DNA from: Eledone cirrhosa
Lineage: Eukaryota
Direction: 5' to 3'
Length of the DNA stretch: 64,000 nucleotides
Assembly (NCBI GenBank): GCA_964016885.1
Contig: OZ024751.1
Location: 50,964,001 to 51,028,000, forward strand
Of this stretch, positions 27,847 to 41,889 are shown piece by piece. The notes under the pieces were generated by a model. The model was not told the origin of the DNA. It did not search any database and was given only the letters and a program-made list of their open reading frames with translations. Made by a program: the position numbers and the translations under genes. Numbering within the stretch: position 1 is the first letter of the stretch; each line of letters begins with the position of its first letter.

Positions 27847-30169
27847 ATATATATATATAATAGTTTAGATGAGTTGATACAACAACCATTTAAAGGCAAA
27901 GAATATTTCAAAGCTGAAATGTGATTTTGTAGTCTACAACAAGATAAGTAAAGACAGTTCAAAGTTTAATCCAATTGGTAAATTTCCAATCAGAGAGCAT
28001 ATATATAAATGAATAAAAATAACCAGGATTAAATTACATTTAATTATTTAATTGATTGACTAAATTTTCTATCAACTCAACAGCAATATTCATTGTTGAT
28101 CTCTTCAGAGTTTATCGAATAACAAATATTTACCAAACACATATCAAAATATCAATATATATAAATATATTTAACTTAAGCCAAAATCTTGATTAGGGTG
28201 ATATAAGTTAGGGAAAGTAAAATAAATCAGTTTCAATAATTTAATATTCCAAACTGCAGTTTCTGAAATTAAGAAACAATACTAATTATCTCAATAAATT
28301 AAGACAATTAATATTGGAAGAATTATTATTTCTTCAGGGGGAAATTCGTTGTCAAAACAGTATGGTGTGTCCAACAGTTACATCATTGAACTAGTAAATG
28401 GACATATATCTCTCTATATCATGACAATATGATAGGCTTACACAGACAGACAGAATGAGAGACATACAGACAGACAGAATGAGAGACAGACAGACAGACA
28501 GAATGAGAGACACAGAGAGACAGACAGACATACAGACAGACACACACAAGTAGTGGACGAGGAAAGGGACATGGAGTATAAGATACATGTAGTTTCTTTT
28601 TTAAAACAAACCCAAAAAGAGAGCGAATCTTTAATAAACAAAAGTTAAGACAATATGGATTTTTGTATGAAAAATTGATTAGAAATATAGTCAACATCAA
28701 ATTCATTATAAACCCTATTGAAAAGTACAGAAAACCATATTAATTTTTTAAAATAACATATTGTTATTTTAAGATGATAATAACAAATTGTAAAATTAAA
28801 TATATTTTCATTTATTTTCTGACTATCTGTGTTTTTTTTCATAAGAAAACAAACATAATTATAGGAAAATATATGTAATTATATGTATTGACAATTTACT
28901 AACACCCCCCCCCCCCCCGTCTGCTTTACTCTCTCATTTATCTCTTACACTCTCACCTATCTCTCTCCCATCACACTGCATAGTTATGGTGGGGATGGTG
29001 ATGATGATGATGATGATGACGATGATGATGATGATGATGCGGAATTTACCCAATGTGCCTCATAGTAGGGTTGAACCTGAAGACACTTGGTTCCAAAGAA
29101 AACTTCTTCACGACACACACATACACACACACACACACACCAACAACTAAGGTGCTATGTTCAAATCTTTCACAAACATTTCATTGTCTAGGTTCACCTA
29201 ATTTGCTATTGTTATTGTTGTTTAACCCCAGTCACCCTTTATTGAACAGACCTGTGGCTAAAGGCACAGGTGTCTACTTATAAGCCGAGGTTAACTTTGC
29301 CTTTCATCTTTACAGAGTCAATAAAATAGAGTACCAGTAATGTACTGGGTAATTGCTGGCCTTGTGCCAAAAGTAGAAACAATTATTTTCTTTGCCTTTC
29401 ATCCTTACAGGTTCGATAAAATAAAGGACCAGTAATACACTGGTGTCAATGTCATCGACATCCCTCATCCTCCCCAAAATTGTTGTCCTTGTGCCTAAAT
29501 CAGAAATCATTATTTTCAAGAGTGCTAGGTAGGAGAAGTGAGGCCTATTTCTTACCTAGTATTTGCTATAGAAGCCAGAATTGTGCTTTGTAAAAGGATT
29601 GGCTCTATTTTAGATCTCAGCGTGATATTTGGTGGCATACTCAGTTCTAAATTAAACTGTCCAGTACTATTTCTGTCTGTCTTGCAGTTCACATGATGAT
29701 AGCGGCAGTATATGTGGGCCAAAGTAATTTCGGATCAGCAAAGAGGAAATTGATTTTCAGGAAAGGAAATTGATTTTGCAGCTGTTGCTAATGTATCTGG
29801 GTGTTTTAAAATGTGTGAGCATGTGTGTGTGTATGCATGAGTGTGCAGGTGTGAGCACGTGTGTGTGTGTGTGTGTGTGCATATATATGTGTGTGTGTGT
29901 CTGTAATCTTTAGCTTGTTATATTGTTTTAGCCTTCATGAGTATGGCTATGCAAGAACGTCACTGCTGTCTCTCTTTGAACGAAGTCCTTGGTGATATTT
30001 ATTCTACACCAAGTTTACACACACTCCCTCATCGCTCTTATCTTAATTGCAGTGAACCAGGTGTATTATTTTGGTGTTGTATACATCACAGCTTCTTGAA
30101 GGTGCATCTGCTCTAGTTAGCAGAGATCTACAAGACAACAACAGAAGTGGCTGCTCATTGTTGCAGTAT

Positions 30170-30440
30170 TTTACTATTGAGGAGTTCTCTCTGGATGAAC
30201 TTAGAAATGCCATCAATAAGATAAAAAATAATAAGGCACCAAGCTTAGATGGGCTTCCACTAGAATTCTGGAGACTTCAAAAACTTCAAAAACTCCAAAC
30301 TATCTTACTACCCTTTAGTACTGAGACCTTTAACAGAAACCAACCAGAAGAATGGAGTATTTCTATGACAGTACCTATTCCCAAGAAAGGTGATCTGAGG
30401 AAACCAGACAATTATTATCGTGGAATAATTCTGATACAGC
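30170..30440 (+). mobile_element. Non-LTR retrotransposon RT N-terminal fragment
   Basis: FSLDELRNAINKIKNNKAPSLDGLPLEFW...PEEWSISMTVPIPKKGDLRKPDNYYRGI. Confidence 0.85.
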
Positions 30441-30599
30441 CAAAATTTATAATTGCCTTATCTATGTTTATCTGATAAATAGATTGAAGAAATAAGTACT
30501 GAATTTGATATGGTCAAGTAAAACTATTGAAAGTTGTACTCCAGCATGGCCATAACCCAATTACTGGAGCCAATAATCACCAAGGGAGAAATAAATGTT

Positions 30600-31292
30600 T
30601 GCAAAGAAAAGACTTCAAAATCCTTTTTGTAAAACCAAACAACATCTTTCTCTTAGCACTTTATAATAAATTACATTCTTTATGAACTGCTGTAATGTGT
30701 TCACAGTTTGGCTAGAAGGATGTTCATGATATGCTTTTCAACATTTACATCTCTTCTTTCTGACCATTCCTTTTCTCATCCAGTGATTTGTTTTAGATTG
30801 GCTATCCCATAAGCATGAAAAAAAACAAAGACATTTAGTGTAACAACTTTCTTGATTAAGCTGTACATACATGACTTTTCAAATCTTCACATATCTTGTA
30901 GTGTTTGAAGTATTTCAGTTTTTCTAGTACCACTTTCATGGTTTCAGAAATTCCATGTATATGTGCCATGTGGCCAATAAGTACAGAAACAAACATGCTT
31001 CCATTTCTCAAGAAAACACTTAAACTTGTCTTTGAACTGTCAATAAAAAGTCACTGATTGTCAGATTCATATTGACATTTCATTGTACTTAACAAACCAT
31101 TAATATCAAGACAGTAAACAGTCTTCTTCTTCACCAAAGAACTGCAACAGATGTTTTTTAATTTTTTTCTCGATGTCACTAGAAGAATAAATGTTGTTCC
31201 CAAACCTAACAGGTTATTTTGATTCAGCCTTGATCCTAAAAATTCTCCTGAGGTGTTTGGAAGATCTAATTTTGCACTAAGTCATTTAATTC
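30600..31292 (-). pseudogene. Decayed DNA transposase, Chapaev3/CMC-like
   Basis: Minus-strand pieces LNDLV, EFLGSRLNQNNLL, LFIDSSKTSL, LEKLKY...ICEDLK, YTKCLCF, LWDSQ...HW recall the LNDLVRDL / FIDSSKRSLK / CGDLK / CFLCLWDSR blocks of this family; frameshifted. Superfamily name is from memory, not from a search. Confidence 0.7.
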
Positions 31293-31302
31293 ACTTAAAG
31301 GT

Positions 31303-31500
31303 TTAATCCTTTAGGATTTACATTACTCTATATTTACTATTGTATTTTCTTGTTAAACACTTTATCTCACATAATATTGTATCTATATGACTTTGATATT
31401 ATATATTTTGAGAACAATACCTTAACATAAGTATGAGCAGCTGGTTACAGCTGGTTTGAACAGAAAGGGGTGAGAGAATTCTGGCCTAAATTTAGGCCAC
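31303..31500. mobile_element. TTAA-CCCT (piggyBac-like) MITE relic; opposite-orientation sister starts at 33032
   Basis: 31365-31500 is the diverged reverse complement of ~33050-33172, which begins TTAA|CCCTTTAGCATTTAAACCGGCC. A second TTAA family occurs at ~32310 and ~34430. Confidence 0.6.
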
Positions 31501-34016
31501 TGACTAGCATGCATATTTATATTTTTGAGTGAAGTTTGGTTTATGGAAATATTGCAGAGTCCCAACATGTGTGTATGTATGTGTGCCTATGTTTTTTTTA
31601 TATGTCCCATGACTTAGTGTTTCAACAAAAAGAGATTGATAAAATAAGTACTGGAGGTCAATATGACTGACTAAATCTTTCATGTTAGTGTTTCAGCATG
31701 GCCACAGTCTAATGACTGAAACCAGAGAAAGAATAGAAGAATTAAAACATTTAATCTTCCATTCTGGTATTCTTAAAACAATTTCAACTTGTAAACTCTC
31801 AATAGTACCAATCAATATCATTCTCTTTGATTGGCAGTATCGGTAAAGCATCAGACACCATGCTTTGCAACATAGAGTTATGGCCCTTTACGTTCTTGAG
31901 TTCAAATCCTGCCAAGGTTAACTTTGCCTTTCATCCTTACGGGGTCGAGTCAATAAAATAAAGTACCAGTAAAGCACTGGGGTAAATGCTGTCCTTATGC
32001 CAAAAGTAGATTCATATAACTTTGTCAAGATGTCAATTCAATAATGCTTTTTTTTATTCTGAAATTCACAGTGAACACATTTGTCCAGTAAGTACTCACC
32101 ATTATGGAATTCTTAACTATCAGACACCTATCTGAAGATTCTTTGATTATAAAATTCCAAATGAGCATCATTAAATAACTGAAATACACCTGAAGACTAA
32201 TTAATTTTACAATTCATAAGAGATAGACAGAATCAATTAGCAAAAATTTAAGTGTACAATTTCCAATTTTAAAATTCTTGAATCCTTTCAACTATAAAAA
32301 TTTAATAGCTTAATCCTTTTGATGCCAACTGTCCCGAGGAACTATGATGCAAAACTGCTTATTTTAAACAATTTGTATTTAGATATAAACCGAGAGAAAC
32401 TTTTCTTACGTTCCAAACACCAGCTTAATATTAAAAGAAAGTTAGTTATTTTACTAAAACTCAATTTTTATTTATTTTAAAAATTCATTGAGTATTATAC
32501 CCCAATTGAGTATTATACCCCAATAACCCTCTCAGGAAGAAGAAGAAGAAGAAGAAGAAGAAGAAGAAGAAGAAGAAGAAGAAGAAGAAGAAGAAGAAGA
32601 AGAAGAAGAAGAATTGAAACATACCCCCCCCCCCCCCCCCCAACAACAACAACAACGTCATCATCATCATCCATCATCATATTTTTATGTCTACTTTCCA
32701 TGCTGGCATGGATTAAATAGGTTGCCATGGTCTGAAAGTAGACAGGTTAGAGAGAGACCTCATCTTGCTCATATGTTCCATATTTGGTAAGATTTCTATG
32801 GCTGGATGCTGCTCCTAATGCCAAACAACCTTTCAGAGTGAAGACAATGAGAAGTATCATTCAGTCATAGAAACCAGGTGGTGTATTATGTTAGAAATAT
32901 GACCAGGAAACTAATTTATCTTTGAATCTGGAGTTCTGTTCTCCAGCAAAAAGTTAGCAATGCATCTTTTGATTAAAAGTCCTATTCAAGGAGGGTCTGC
33001 ATACTATGTCTTCCGGAATTCTTTAAATCTTTTAACCCTTTAGCATTTAAACCGGCCATATCCGGCCAGAATTCTCTCACCTCTGTAACTGGCCACTCAT
33101 ACTGATGTTAAGGTATTGTTATCAAAATAAATAATATCAAAATCTCATAGATTCAATATTATGTGAGATATTATGTAAGATAAAGCCTTTACTGTGAAAA
33201 TACGATAGTAAATATAGAGTAACGTAAAACATAAAACATAAAACAAAAATAACTCCTGCTTTCTAAACACAGTTGCAATAATAGAGGTGTATATAAAGCC
33301 ATATATGATATGTTTTTGCATAATAAGCATATATAAGTCTTGCTATGAATGTTTTAAGCTGTTATCATGTCACAGATATCTCAGACACACACAGGCACAT
33401 GCACACACACACACACACACGTGCGTGCATGCATACACACATGCGCATGCATGCATACACACACATGTATGCACACACACACACACACACATATATATTA
33501 GCAGTAACAGCGTGATTCATAATAGGGGTGTGTATGATATGTTTATGAATAATAAAGATACATAAGTCTTGCTAAGAATATTTTAAGCTGTGATTATATC
33601 ATAGCTTTATCAGTAACCCAGAGAGAATGTCAGACATTAGTGTTTGAGGGTTTTTAATACATCATTAGTAGCATTTACTCACTTGGTACTGAGACAAAAA
33701 TAAACTCTAGTTTATATACATTTTGCATATAAAATATCTGCTGGAGAAGTTCATTTGTATATAGTGCATGTTTGAATAGGCTGGGGTTAACAATTAAACA
33801 ATTACAATAGTACATATGAACTTTCATTCTTGAGAGCACTTGAAGACTTTTGTCAATCAGCATAAACTAATTACTTGATTTTTATTCTAGAAATACCAAA
33901 ATCTCAATCTTAATTTTTTTTTTACTGTGCAAATTTTAGACATTTTGAGGACCTTAGGTGTGATTTTTTGATTTTTTGATTTGTTTGATTTGTGTTTGAA
34001 TTAAAATAATTATATC

Positions 34017-34361
34017 ATAGAAGAGTCATTTCACCATTCAAATATGCACTCTTTATTTATTTTGTGATGCCAACATTTTTAGCATACTTTTGGTGACATG
34101 GCCAATTTCACATCAGATTTTAGCATACTTTTGGTGACATGGTCAGTTTCACATCAGATTTTAGTATACTTTTGGTGACATGGTTAGTTTCATCTCAGAT
34201 TTTAGAATACTTTTGGTGACATGGTCAGTTTCACCTCAGATTTTAGAATACTTTTGGTGACATGGTCAGTTTCACCTCAGAATTTAGAAGACTCTTCGTG
34301 ACATGGTCAGTTTCACCTCAGTTTTAGTGCGTTTTTTGAATGGATAAAATGACTCTTCCAT
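34017..34361. mobile_element. MITE with internal 41-bp x6 minisatellite
   Basis: Inverted ends ATAGAAGAGTCATTTCACCATTCAAA / TTTGAATGGATAAAATGACTCTTCCAT enclose about 6 copies of TTTTAGCATACTTTTGGTGACATGGTCAGTTTCACATCAGA (34077-34327). Confidence 0.8.
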
Positions 34362-34684
34362 AATGTATTTGCTTAGAAAATTCAATCAAGTAGTAAAATA
34401 AAATAGCACGTTGTTGGATCTGGTAATTTTTAACCCTTTTAAAATCAAACCGCCTGAAATCTCTCCTGATTCTATGATATAAAGCTGTTTGTTTTTATCT
34501 AAAAACCTTCCATCATAATGTTTTATCAGTTAAAGTTTTGTTAAGTTATGTTCCAAACATCAGACTAATAATAAGTAAGTTAGTTATATTACTAAATCCT
34601 TCCAAATTTTTATGATTTTCAAAATGATTTGAAAATCATAAAGAGTGTCTTTTATTAAAAAAATATGGTAATGATAGAGTTTTG

Positions 34685-34868
34685 TTAAAGATGGCTGTTA
34701 ACAGATTCTTCTTTAGAAAAAGTATTTGAGTATCGTAGTAGTTTTATGCTCAGTCTTCTCAATTGGATTTTTACTGGAAGTCCAGAAAGAACTCTCAGAT
34801 CGTCATCCAGATTCTTTGGGAGTTGTAATGCTTCATTATTCTGTTTTTCTATCTTCCGTTCTTGTAAA
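34685..34868 (-). CDS. Candidate terminal coding exon (cytoplasmic tail) of unrecognised membrane protein
   Basis: Acceptor ttttgattatttcag|, phase 2 matching the 52021 donor; 60 open codons LQERKIEKQNNEALQLPKNLDDDLRVLSGLPVKIQLRRLSIKLLRYSNTFSKEESVNSHL then TAA. Confidence 0.6.
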
Positions 34869-35697
34869 CTGAAATAATCAAAACAAAAACAAAATTATCA
34901 TCAACATCATCATCATCATCATCATCAATATCATCACCACCACCACTACCTATACCTCTATCATCTCTATCACCCCCATCACCATCCTCCTCCTCCACAT
35001 CATCATCATCATCATCATCATCAATATCATCACTACCTCCCCCACCAATACCACTACCACTACCACCACCACCACCATCACCATCCTTCTTCTCCACATC
35101 ATCATCTTCAGCAACAACACTGTATGTCTGTTTTCCATGCTGGCACGGATTGGACAGGTTGTTTCGTTCTGATACCTGACAAAGTTAGATGATCACGTCT
35201 TTGTCATATATTTCACTGTTCCCATCCAGAGTCACTGTCTTCTAGACAGGCTGCCCTCTAACACAAACATCATAAGAATCCTTCATTTATATTTCTAAGC
35301 GTTGTTACGATCCACAGAGCAGCAGATCGACATTTGTCATGTGAGAGGGTGTTTGAAAAGCAATAGACCAAAAGGTGGTGAAAACGGGGAAGGTGAGTGT
35401 AATGTGGCAAACATGTCGATACAGGTTGAAAATCATGTCACTGGAGAAAGGTTTTCAAAATACTACATTTTTTTTTAAAGGCAAGATAGGAAAAAGAGAA
35501 AAGGCATGGAATATATATACGACTCTTAGCTTATCTCAGACAAAATTCATTGCATGCATGCTGTGCTGTCAGCCATGGTATTTTATGAGGACAAGAAACA
35601 TTGGCAAGTAGGAATACAGAGAGACAGAGGGAGAGAGAGGAGAGAAAAGACTTTCAAAGGTCCAACATGTCACTGGAGTGAGGATTTCAAATGCTGC

Positions 35698-35748
<51 letters not shown>

Positions 35749-36048
35749 ATAAATCAATGGCAGTGCCCCAGCATGGCCTCAACCTGTTGGCTGGAACACA
35801 TAATAGGGTAGTAGTGTGATATATATTTATATATATATATATATGTGTGTGTGTGTATATATATGAGTATGTGTGTGTATATATCTATGTATATGTGTGT
35901 GTATATATCTATGTATATGTGTGTGTATATATATGTATATATATATGTATATATATATGTATATATGTATATATATGAGTATATATATGTATATATATAT
36001 GTGTACATATATTTATGTCTATATATATATGTGTATATATATGTATGG

Positions 36049-36110
<62 letters not shown>

Positions 36111-36782
36111 GTATGTATGTATGTATGTATATGTATATGTCAGGTCACCACTTGATGCTACTGGTAACATGTATCCCATGGTCGGGTCGTTGGCGACTAA
36201 ACTGGCAACCCCACCAAGGTTTCTTGGTGAGGAGGGTGACTTTGGACATCCTGCAGGACTAAAAACAAAACCTGTCAAAGGGCAAAGGAGCTCTTAAGAG
36301 TCAATGGCCATCCAAAATCACTGGGAGAGATGACCCCTTAGCCTTTGTCAAGGCAGAATTCTAGAAGGAAAACTCTGATATAACACCTGCAACCCTGATG
36401 GTATCCAATGATGTTGACTTGTTCTTCTTTTTGGTAAATATCATCTTGGTTAAGAGAGTGGGACTGGCTTTGTGCAGTGCCTTTGCTCACTATAAAAGCT
36501 TCATGGCACAGGCATTGCTTTATATCTGGAGATCTCTCTGCACTGGTCGTCACATGGTACCATGGGCCCAGCACTATGTGCCAATAATGGTCACAAGTGT
36601 AGTCTTTGTACCAGAGTTTTCAAGTCGCTGGCTGGACTAAAAAGTCACACTCGCATCGGTAGCGGTTCTCCTACATGGATATAAAGTAGTGGCCGTACTC
36701 GAAAACGAGTTGGCAGCCACCATGTATATGTATATATATATGTATATACATATATATATATATATACACATACAAGTATATT

Positions 36783-36824
<42 letters not shown>

Positions 36825-37271
36825 CACACACACACATATGCATTATATACAAACATGGAATCAATCACCCTCAAATGAAATGACGTATTGATTTATTGAT
36901 TATTCCTTTTAGATTCTCTAGCAAAGGCTTCAATAGGTGTAGTGCTGTAAGCTAAAGAAACAAATGAAAGCACCATTATTTTACATGTTTTAGTTTCATA
37001 TGTACTTCCAGCAGAAATATAAATTAAAAATAAACTCAAATATATATATATATATATACGTGTGTGTGGTTGTTGTATATATATATATATATCCACACTG
37101 TAAATGTGGTTGGTATTAGGAAGGGCATCCAGCCGTAGAAAGCCTGCCAGATAGTTCTATATGAGCGAGACACGGTCACCCGACCAACCTTGCCTCAAGT
37201 GGCACAACACCTGTCTAACCCATGCTAGCGTGGAAGATGGACGTTAAAAGATGATGATGATGATGATTTAT

Positions 37272-38092
37272 GTATATGTATGGGTGTTGTCATCATCATC
37301 ATCGTTTAACGTCCATGGGTTTGGACGGGAGTTTTCCCACTTGAGGCAAGAGTGGTTGTCTTGCTCGCATAGGACTGTCTGGCGGGTTTTCTACAGCTGG
37401 ATGCCCTTCCTAACACCAACCACATTTACAGTGTGGGGCTGGGAGGTTTTTACCGTGTTGCCTACACGGCCACATTACAGCGTGGACTGTGTGTTTTTTT
37501 GTTGTGACACCTACACAATCTCATTTGTTTCGGCCTGGATGGCGTGGCACCAACGTAACTTTACATTGAAAGGGGCGGTGTGGATGGGGTGGGGGTGGTG
37601 TGACGGGGGTGTATTTTGTTAGAGAAGCCTACTAACTGTAGTAGGTTTACTTTGTATTTAGGCAAGGCGGGTCTTCTCTATTACTGAGTACTGCCAAAGA
37701 TCTCGGTCCAGTGACATTGTCTTGGAGAGGTGTAAGTGTGTGAAGTCGGAATTTATCAGATCGTCCCAGGTTTTTCTGGGTCTGCCTACTCCATGGCTAC
37801 CGTCTACCTTTATTGCCCTGCACTTTTTTATACAGCTGTCGTCTTTCATGCGCATCACGTGACCATACCAACATAGCCTTCTCTCGAGTAAACAACATCT
37901 GATCCCTCTTATTTCTAATTTTTTCCTTAGTTTATGCTTTGCTGTTCACGTATATTACTATTACACATCCAGCGGAGCATGCAAGCTTCATTCCTCCCTA
38001 GTCTGCCTATATCCTCTGCACACAATGCCCAGGTCTCACTGCCATGCAACATTGCTGTTCGTATGCAGGCATCATACAACCTGCCTTTCATG
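37272..38092 (-). mobile_element. RTE-clade LINE 3' end
   Basis: [27 protein letters not shown]...GRPRKTWDDLI, same family as 24647-27846. Shorter tails lie at ~39550-39935, 54922-55203 and 58013-58243. Confidence 0.9.
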
Positions 38093-38100
38093 TGTGTGTA

Positions 38101-38170
<70 letters not shown>

Positions 38171-38234
38171 CATACATATATATATACACACACATATATA
38201 TATATACACACACATATATATATACACACACATA

Positions 38235-38303
<69 letters not shown>

Positions 38304-38793
38304 TCATCAGCATCATCATCATTGTTTAAGGTCCATCTTCTACGGTAGCATAGGTTATCACATGGCTTAGTGGTTAGAGCATTGGCCTTGCAATCAAAAG
38401 GTTGTGAGTTCAATTCTCAGACCGGGTGATGTGTTGATTCCTTGAGCAAGACACTTTATTTCACATTGCTCCAGTTTACTCAGCTGTAGAAATGAGATGA
38501 TAGGGACTGGGGTCCATATCATTCCACTGCAAAGTGGTCATGGAGGTGCAACAGCAAAAAAGCACCCAGTACTCACTGTAAATGAGGTTGGTGTTAGGAA
38601 GGGCATCCAGCTGTAGAAATCAAGCCAGAATCAGTTCCCTTCCAACCCTTGCAAGCAGGGAAAAAGCGAGCATAAAATGGAATGAATGAAATGAATATAT
38701 ATATATATAAGTAGAAGTTGTATTTAATTTGTTGGAAGTCCGATAAACATAAATGTTTATAACTGATTTAGAGCACTCAACAGATTACTGGAG

Positions 38794-39077
38794 TAAATAT
38801 TCAATGATATTAAATAGATGGAAACTATATTTATAAAACCATATTGATCTAATTATATATATTTCAAGGGCAACCAAGACAACATTGGTACGCTTTCATC
38901 AGATAAAATACAAAGTTTGTTATATAAATAGAGACGTCTCTATTTATAAAACAAACTTAGTATTTTATCTGATGAAAGCGTACCAATGTTGTCTTGGTTG
39001 CCCTTGAAATATATATAATTAGATCAATATGGTTTTATAAATATAGTTTCCATTTATTTAATATCATTGAATATTTA
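38794..39077. repeat. Spacerless palindrome (2 x 142 bp) with a hammerhead-like core on each arm
   Basis: Centre GAGAC|GTCTC at 38935/38936; few mismatches. CTGATGA 38969-38975, stem II AAG..ACCAA/TTGGT..CTT, GAAA 39006-39009. Confidence 0.92.
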
Positions 39078-40382
39078 TATATATATATAAGCATATATAT
39101 ATACATTACCATCATCATTTAACGTCCATTTTCCCAGCTAGAAAGGGTTATCACTGACTGAGTCAGTACTCAAGCAGTGTATTTATGTATATATATATTT
39201 ATATATATATTTATATATATATATATATATATGTTATATGAGTGTATGCCTATATACATACATACACAAACACATAAACCACCCACATCCATATATGCTT
39301 AAAGGTATTTATTTACGCTTTAATTTATATTTTTAATTATCGTGTCTATAGTCTGCCTTTCATAGGTTATAGATTCCATACACTGGTGGTTTTTTTCCCT
39401 GTATTATTGATAACGCACTATATATCTCTCTCTGGTGTGTTACCTTCTCAACATATTATATTTTAAAGGGCTCAGGATCTCTTCTCCTTTGAGCACATTA
39501 TTTACAGGGAATAACGATGGCCTATGCCTTCGTTAATTTATGTAATACAGAAGACCCGCCTTGCCTAAGTACAAAGCGAAACCTACAGTCAGTAGGCACC
39601 TCTAACAAAAATACCCCCCGTCCCACTACCCCCCCCCCCCCCCCACCTCAATGTAAAGTTATGTTGGTACCACAACATCCAGTCCGAAACAAATGAGGTC
39701 GTGTAGGTGTCACGACAAAAAAACACACAGTCCACGCTGTAATGTGGCCGTGTAGGCAACACGGTAAAAACCTCCCAGTCCACACTGTAAACGTGGTTGG
39801 TGTTAGGAAGGGCATCCAACTGTAGAAAACCTGCCAGAGAGTAATACGAGCAGGACAACCAATCTTGCCTCAAGTGGGAAAACTCCCATCCAAACCAATG
39901 CTAGCGTGGAAGATGGATGGTAAACGATGATGATGTATGTATGTATGTACACATCTGTGGGGATTGTGTGTGTGTTAAACCACTAAACACCATACTTATA
40001 TAAATACCAATAAAAACAAAGCCACAGGTGCCAGAGGATTTGAATCACCTAATTATCATTTGTCATGCAGGGACATTATTCAATACAGCTCATTGCATTT
40101 GTGCAGTCATCTATCTGAAATTAGCTCTAGATGTAATTAGTAAAGCTTGGCAATGCACTCACCCAATAAACTATTAAGTATTAGATACATGGGTTTAGCT
40201 ATATCTTTCAGTATATTGGTCTTTTAAATTATTACATTGGGCCTTACAAAGGTTGTATTATTTAATAGAGCTTATGTTATTAATTATAGTTATTAATATA
40301 TATATATATCATCATCGTTGTTTTAATGACTGCTTTTTTCCTGCTAGCAAGGATTGGATGGGTCTATATAGACCAAGTGCGT

Positions 40383-40454
<72 letters not shown>

Positions 40455-40491
40455 TGGAGACTAGGGTGGCTGTGTAGTTGGTAGTTAAGGT

Positions 40492-40651
40492 AGGCTTAAA
40501 AATAGGAATAAAAATAAGACGAAAGCAAGAACGGGGGAGTGGGGAGTTTTCCTCATCAGTTGTCTACTGGTGAAATATCCAAGACCCCAGTAGACAACTG
40601 ATGAAGAACCCCCCCCTCTTGCTTTCTTCTTCTTATTCCTATTTTTAAGCT
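40492..40651. repeat. Imperfect foldback element with CTGATGA on both arms
   Basis: GCTTAAAAATAGGAATAA..TCATCAGTTGTCTACTGG / CCAGTAGACAACTGATGA..TTATTCCTATTTTTAAGC, 16-nt spacer. Confidence 0.8.
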
Positions 40652-40660
40652 TATATATAT

Positions 40661-40730
<70 letters not shown>

Positions 40731-40789
40731 ACACACACATACATATCAACATCATCATCATTTTAATGTCTGCTTTCCTTGTGTGTATG

Positions 40790-41460
40790 TATAGAGAAAG
40801 CTTTCAAAGAATCTAAGGTGCAAGTGCAGCATGAACTCTGAGTGAGCAGCAAAAGATTTATGGTGGCACAATAAAGTGCATGACATACAAGCCTCGGCAG
40901 AAATACGAGATGCTAAATTATTATATCATGAACTGCACACATTATATGGCCCACCTTCCATAGTCTTTGCCCTACTGCAGTTAAAGAATGGAGACAAAGT
41001 GTTGTGTAAGCCTGATGAAATCAAGACAAGATGGCGCAAACACTTTAGTGGCCACCTATCTCTTGTTAATCTGGATGTGATTGAGGTCATGGAGTAGGCT
41101 CCCATCATTAACAAGCTTGATGGTCCACCCACATCGGAAGAGGTTAAGACTGCAGTAAGACAAATGAACACTGTTAAAGCACCTGGAAAAAATGGTATAG
41201 TCCCTGAAGGGACCATCTTTTATTTAACAACATATACCACTAGGTGTGGTTGAAGGATGCATTTCAACGGGACTGGAAAGATATCATTTTCGTCTCCCTC
41301 TTCCAGGAGGGATCAAAAGATGTTTGTGATATCTACAGTGGGATCTCTTTACTATCAGTTGTTGGTAAATATGTGCCATGGTTCTTCTTAATCATCTGCT
41401 GAATACATGCTGCACCTAATATTCTGTTGGAAGCTCACTGTCGTTTCTGTCCATATTGGG
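40790..41460 (+). mobile_element. RTE-type LINE fragment (second family)
   Basis: EIKTRWRKHF, LDGPPTSEEVKTAVRQMNTVKAPGKNGI, GISLLSVVGK. Confidence 0.8.
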
Positions 41461-41556
41461 GCAATGCAGATATTTACATTAGCATTTCATCAGAGAGGTC
41501 TGGAGGAAAACTAAAGTTCTGTGGACCAGGTCACATTTGTATAGTTTTCCTCCAGA

Positions 41557-41667
41557 TCTCTCTGATGAAATGCTAATGTAAATATGCATTGTGGGATAGT
41601 GGATTATATAACAATTTTTCAGCTCTCATGGGTGGTTGCATAACTGCATTGAAACACCTGTAAGAGA
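41557..41667 (+). ncRNA. Type I hammerhead with 82-nt expanded stem II, overlapping foldback 41462-41591
   Basis: TCTCT-CTGATGA(41562-41568)-AATGC...GCATT-GAAAC(41651-41655)-ACCT-GTA-AGAGA. Stem I is 5 bp and the triplet is GUA. Confidence 0.65.
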
Positions 41668-41889
41668 CCCTATTATGTAATAAATACCAGAGGTTTTGCT
41701 ACCTTGGTATATTCATTAATCCCAATATATTTCAGATACACTACACACATAGTCACCCCACATAGTCCTCCCTATACACACATACACACATAGTTCCTCC
41801 CCCCTATACACACATACACACATAGTCCCCCCCTATACACATATACACACTTAGTCACCCCCACATAGTCCTCCCTATACACACATATG

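Noticed and set aside
32100-32178. Minus-strand exon-like segment with strong gtgagt donor; similar candidates at ~33683-33887, ~47152-47279 and ~6825-6944
   Set aside because: These lie beyond or conflict with the better terminal exon and have no independent support; they cannot be distinguished from chance without RNA data.
34077-34327. CRISPR-like regular repeats (also 8365-8962 and 47330-47590)
   Set aside because: Contiguous tandem units without unique spacers, no cas genes, eukaryotic context.
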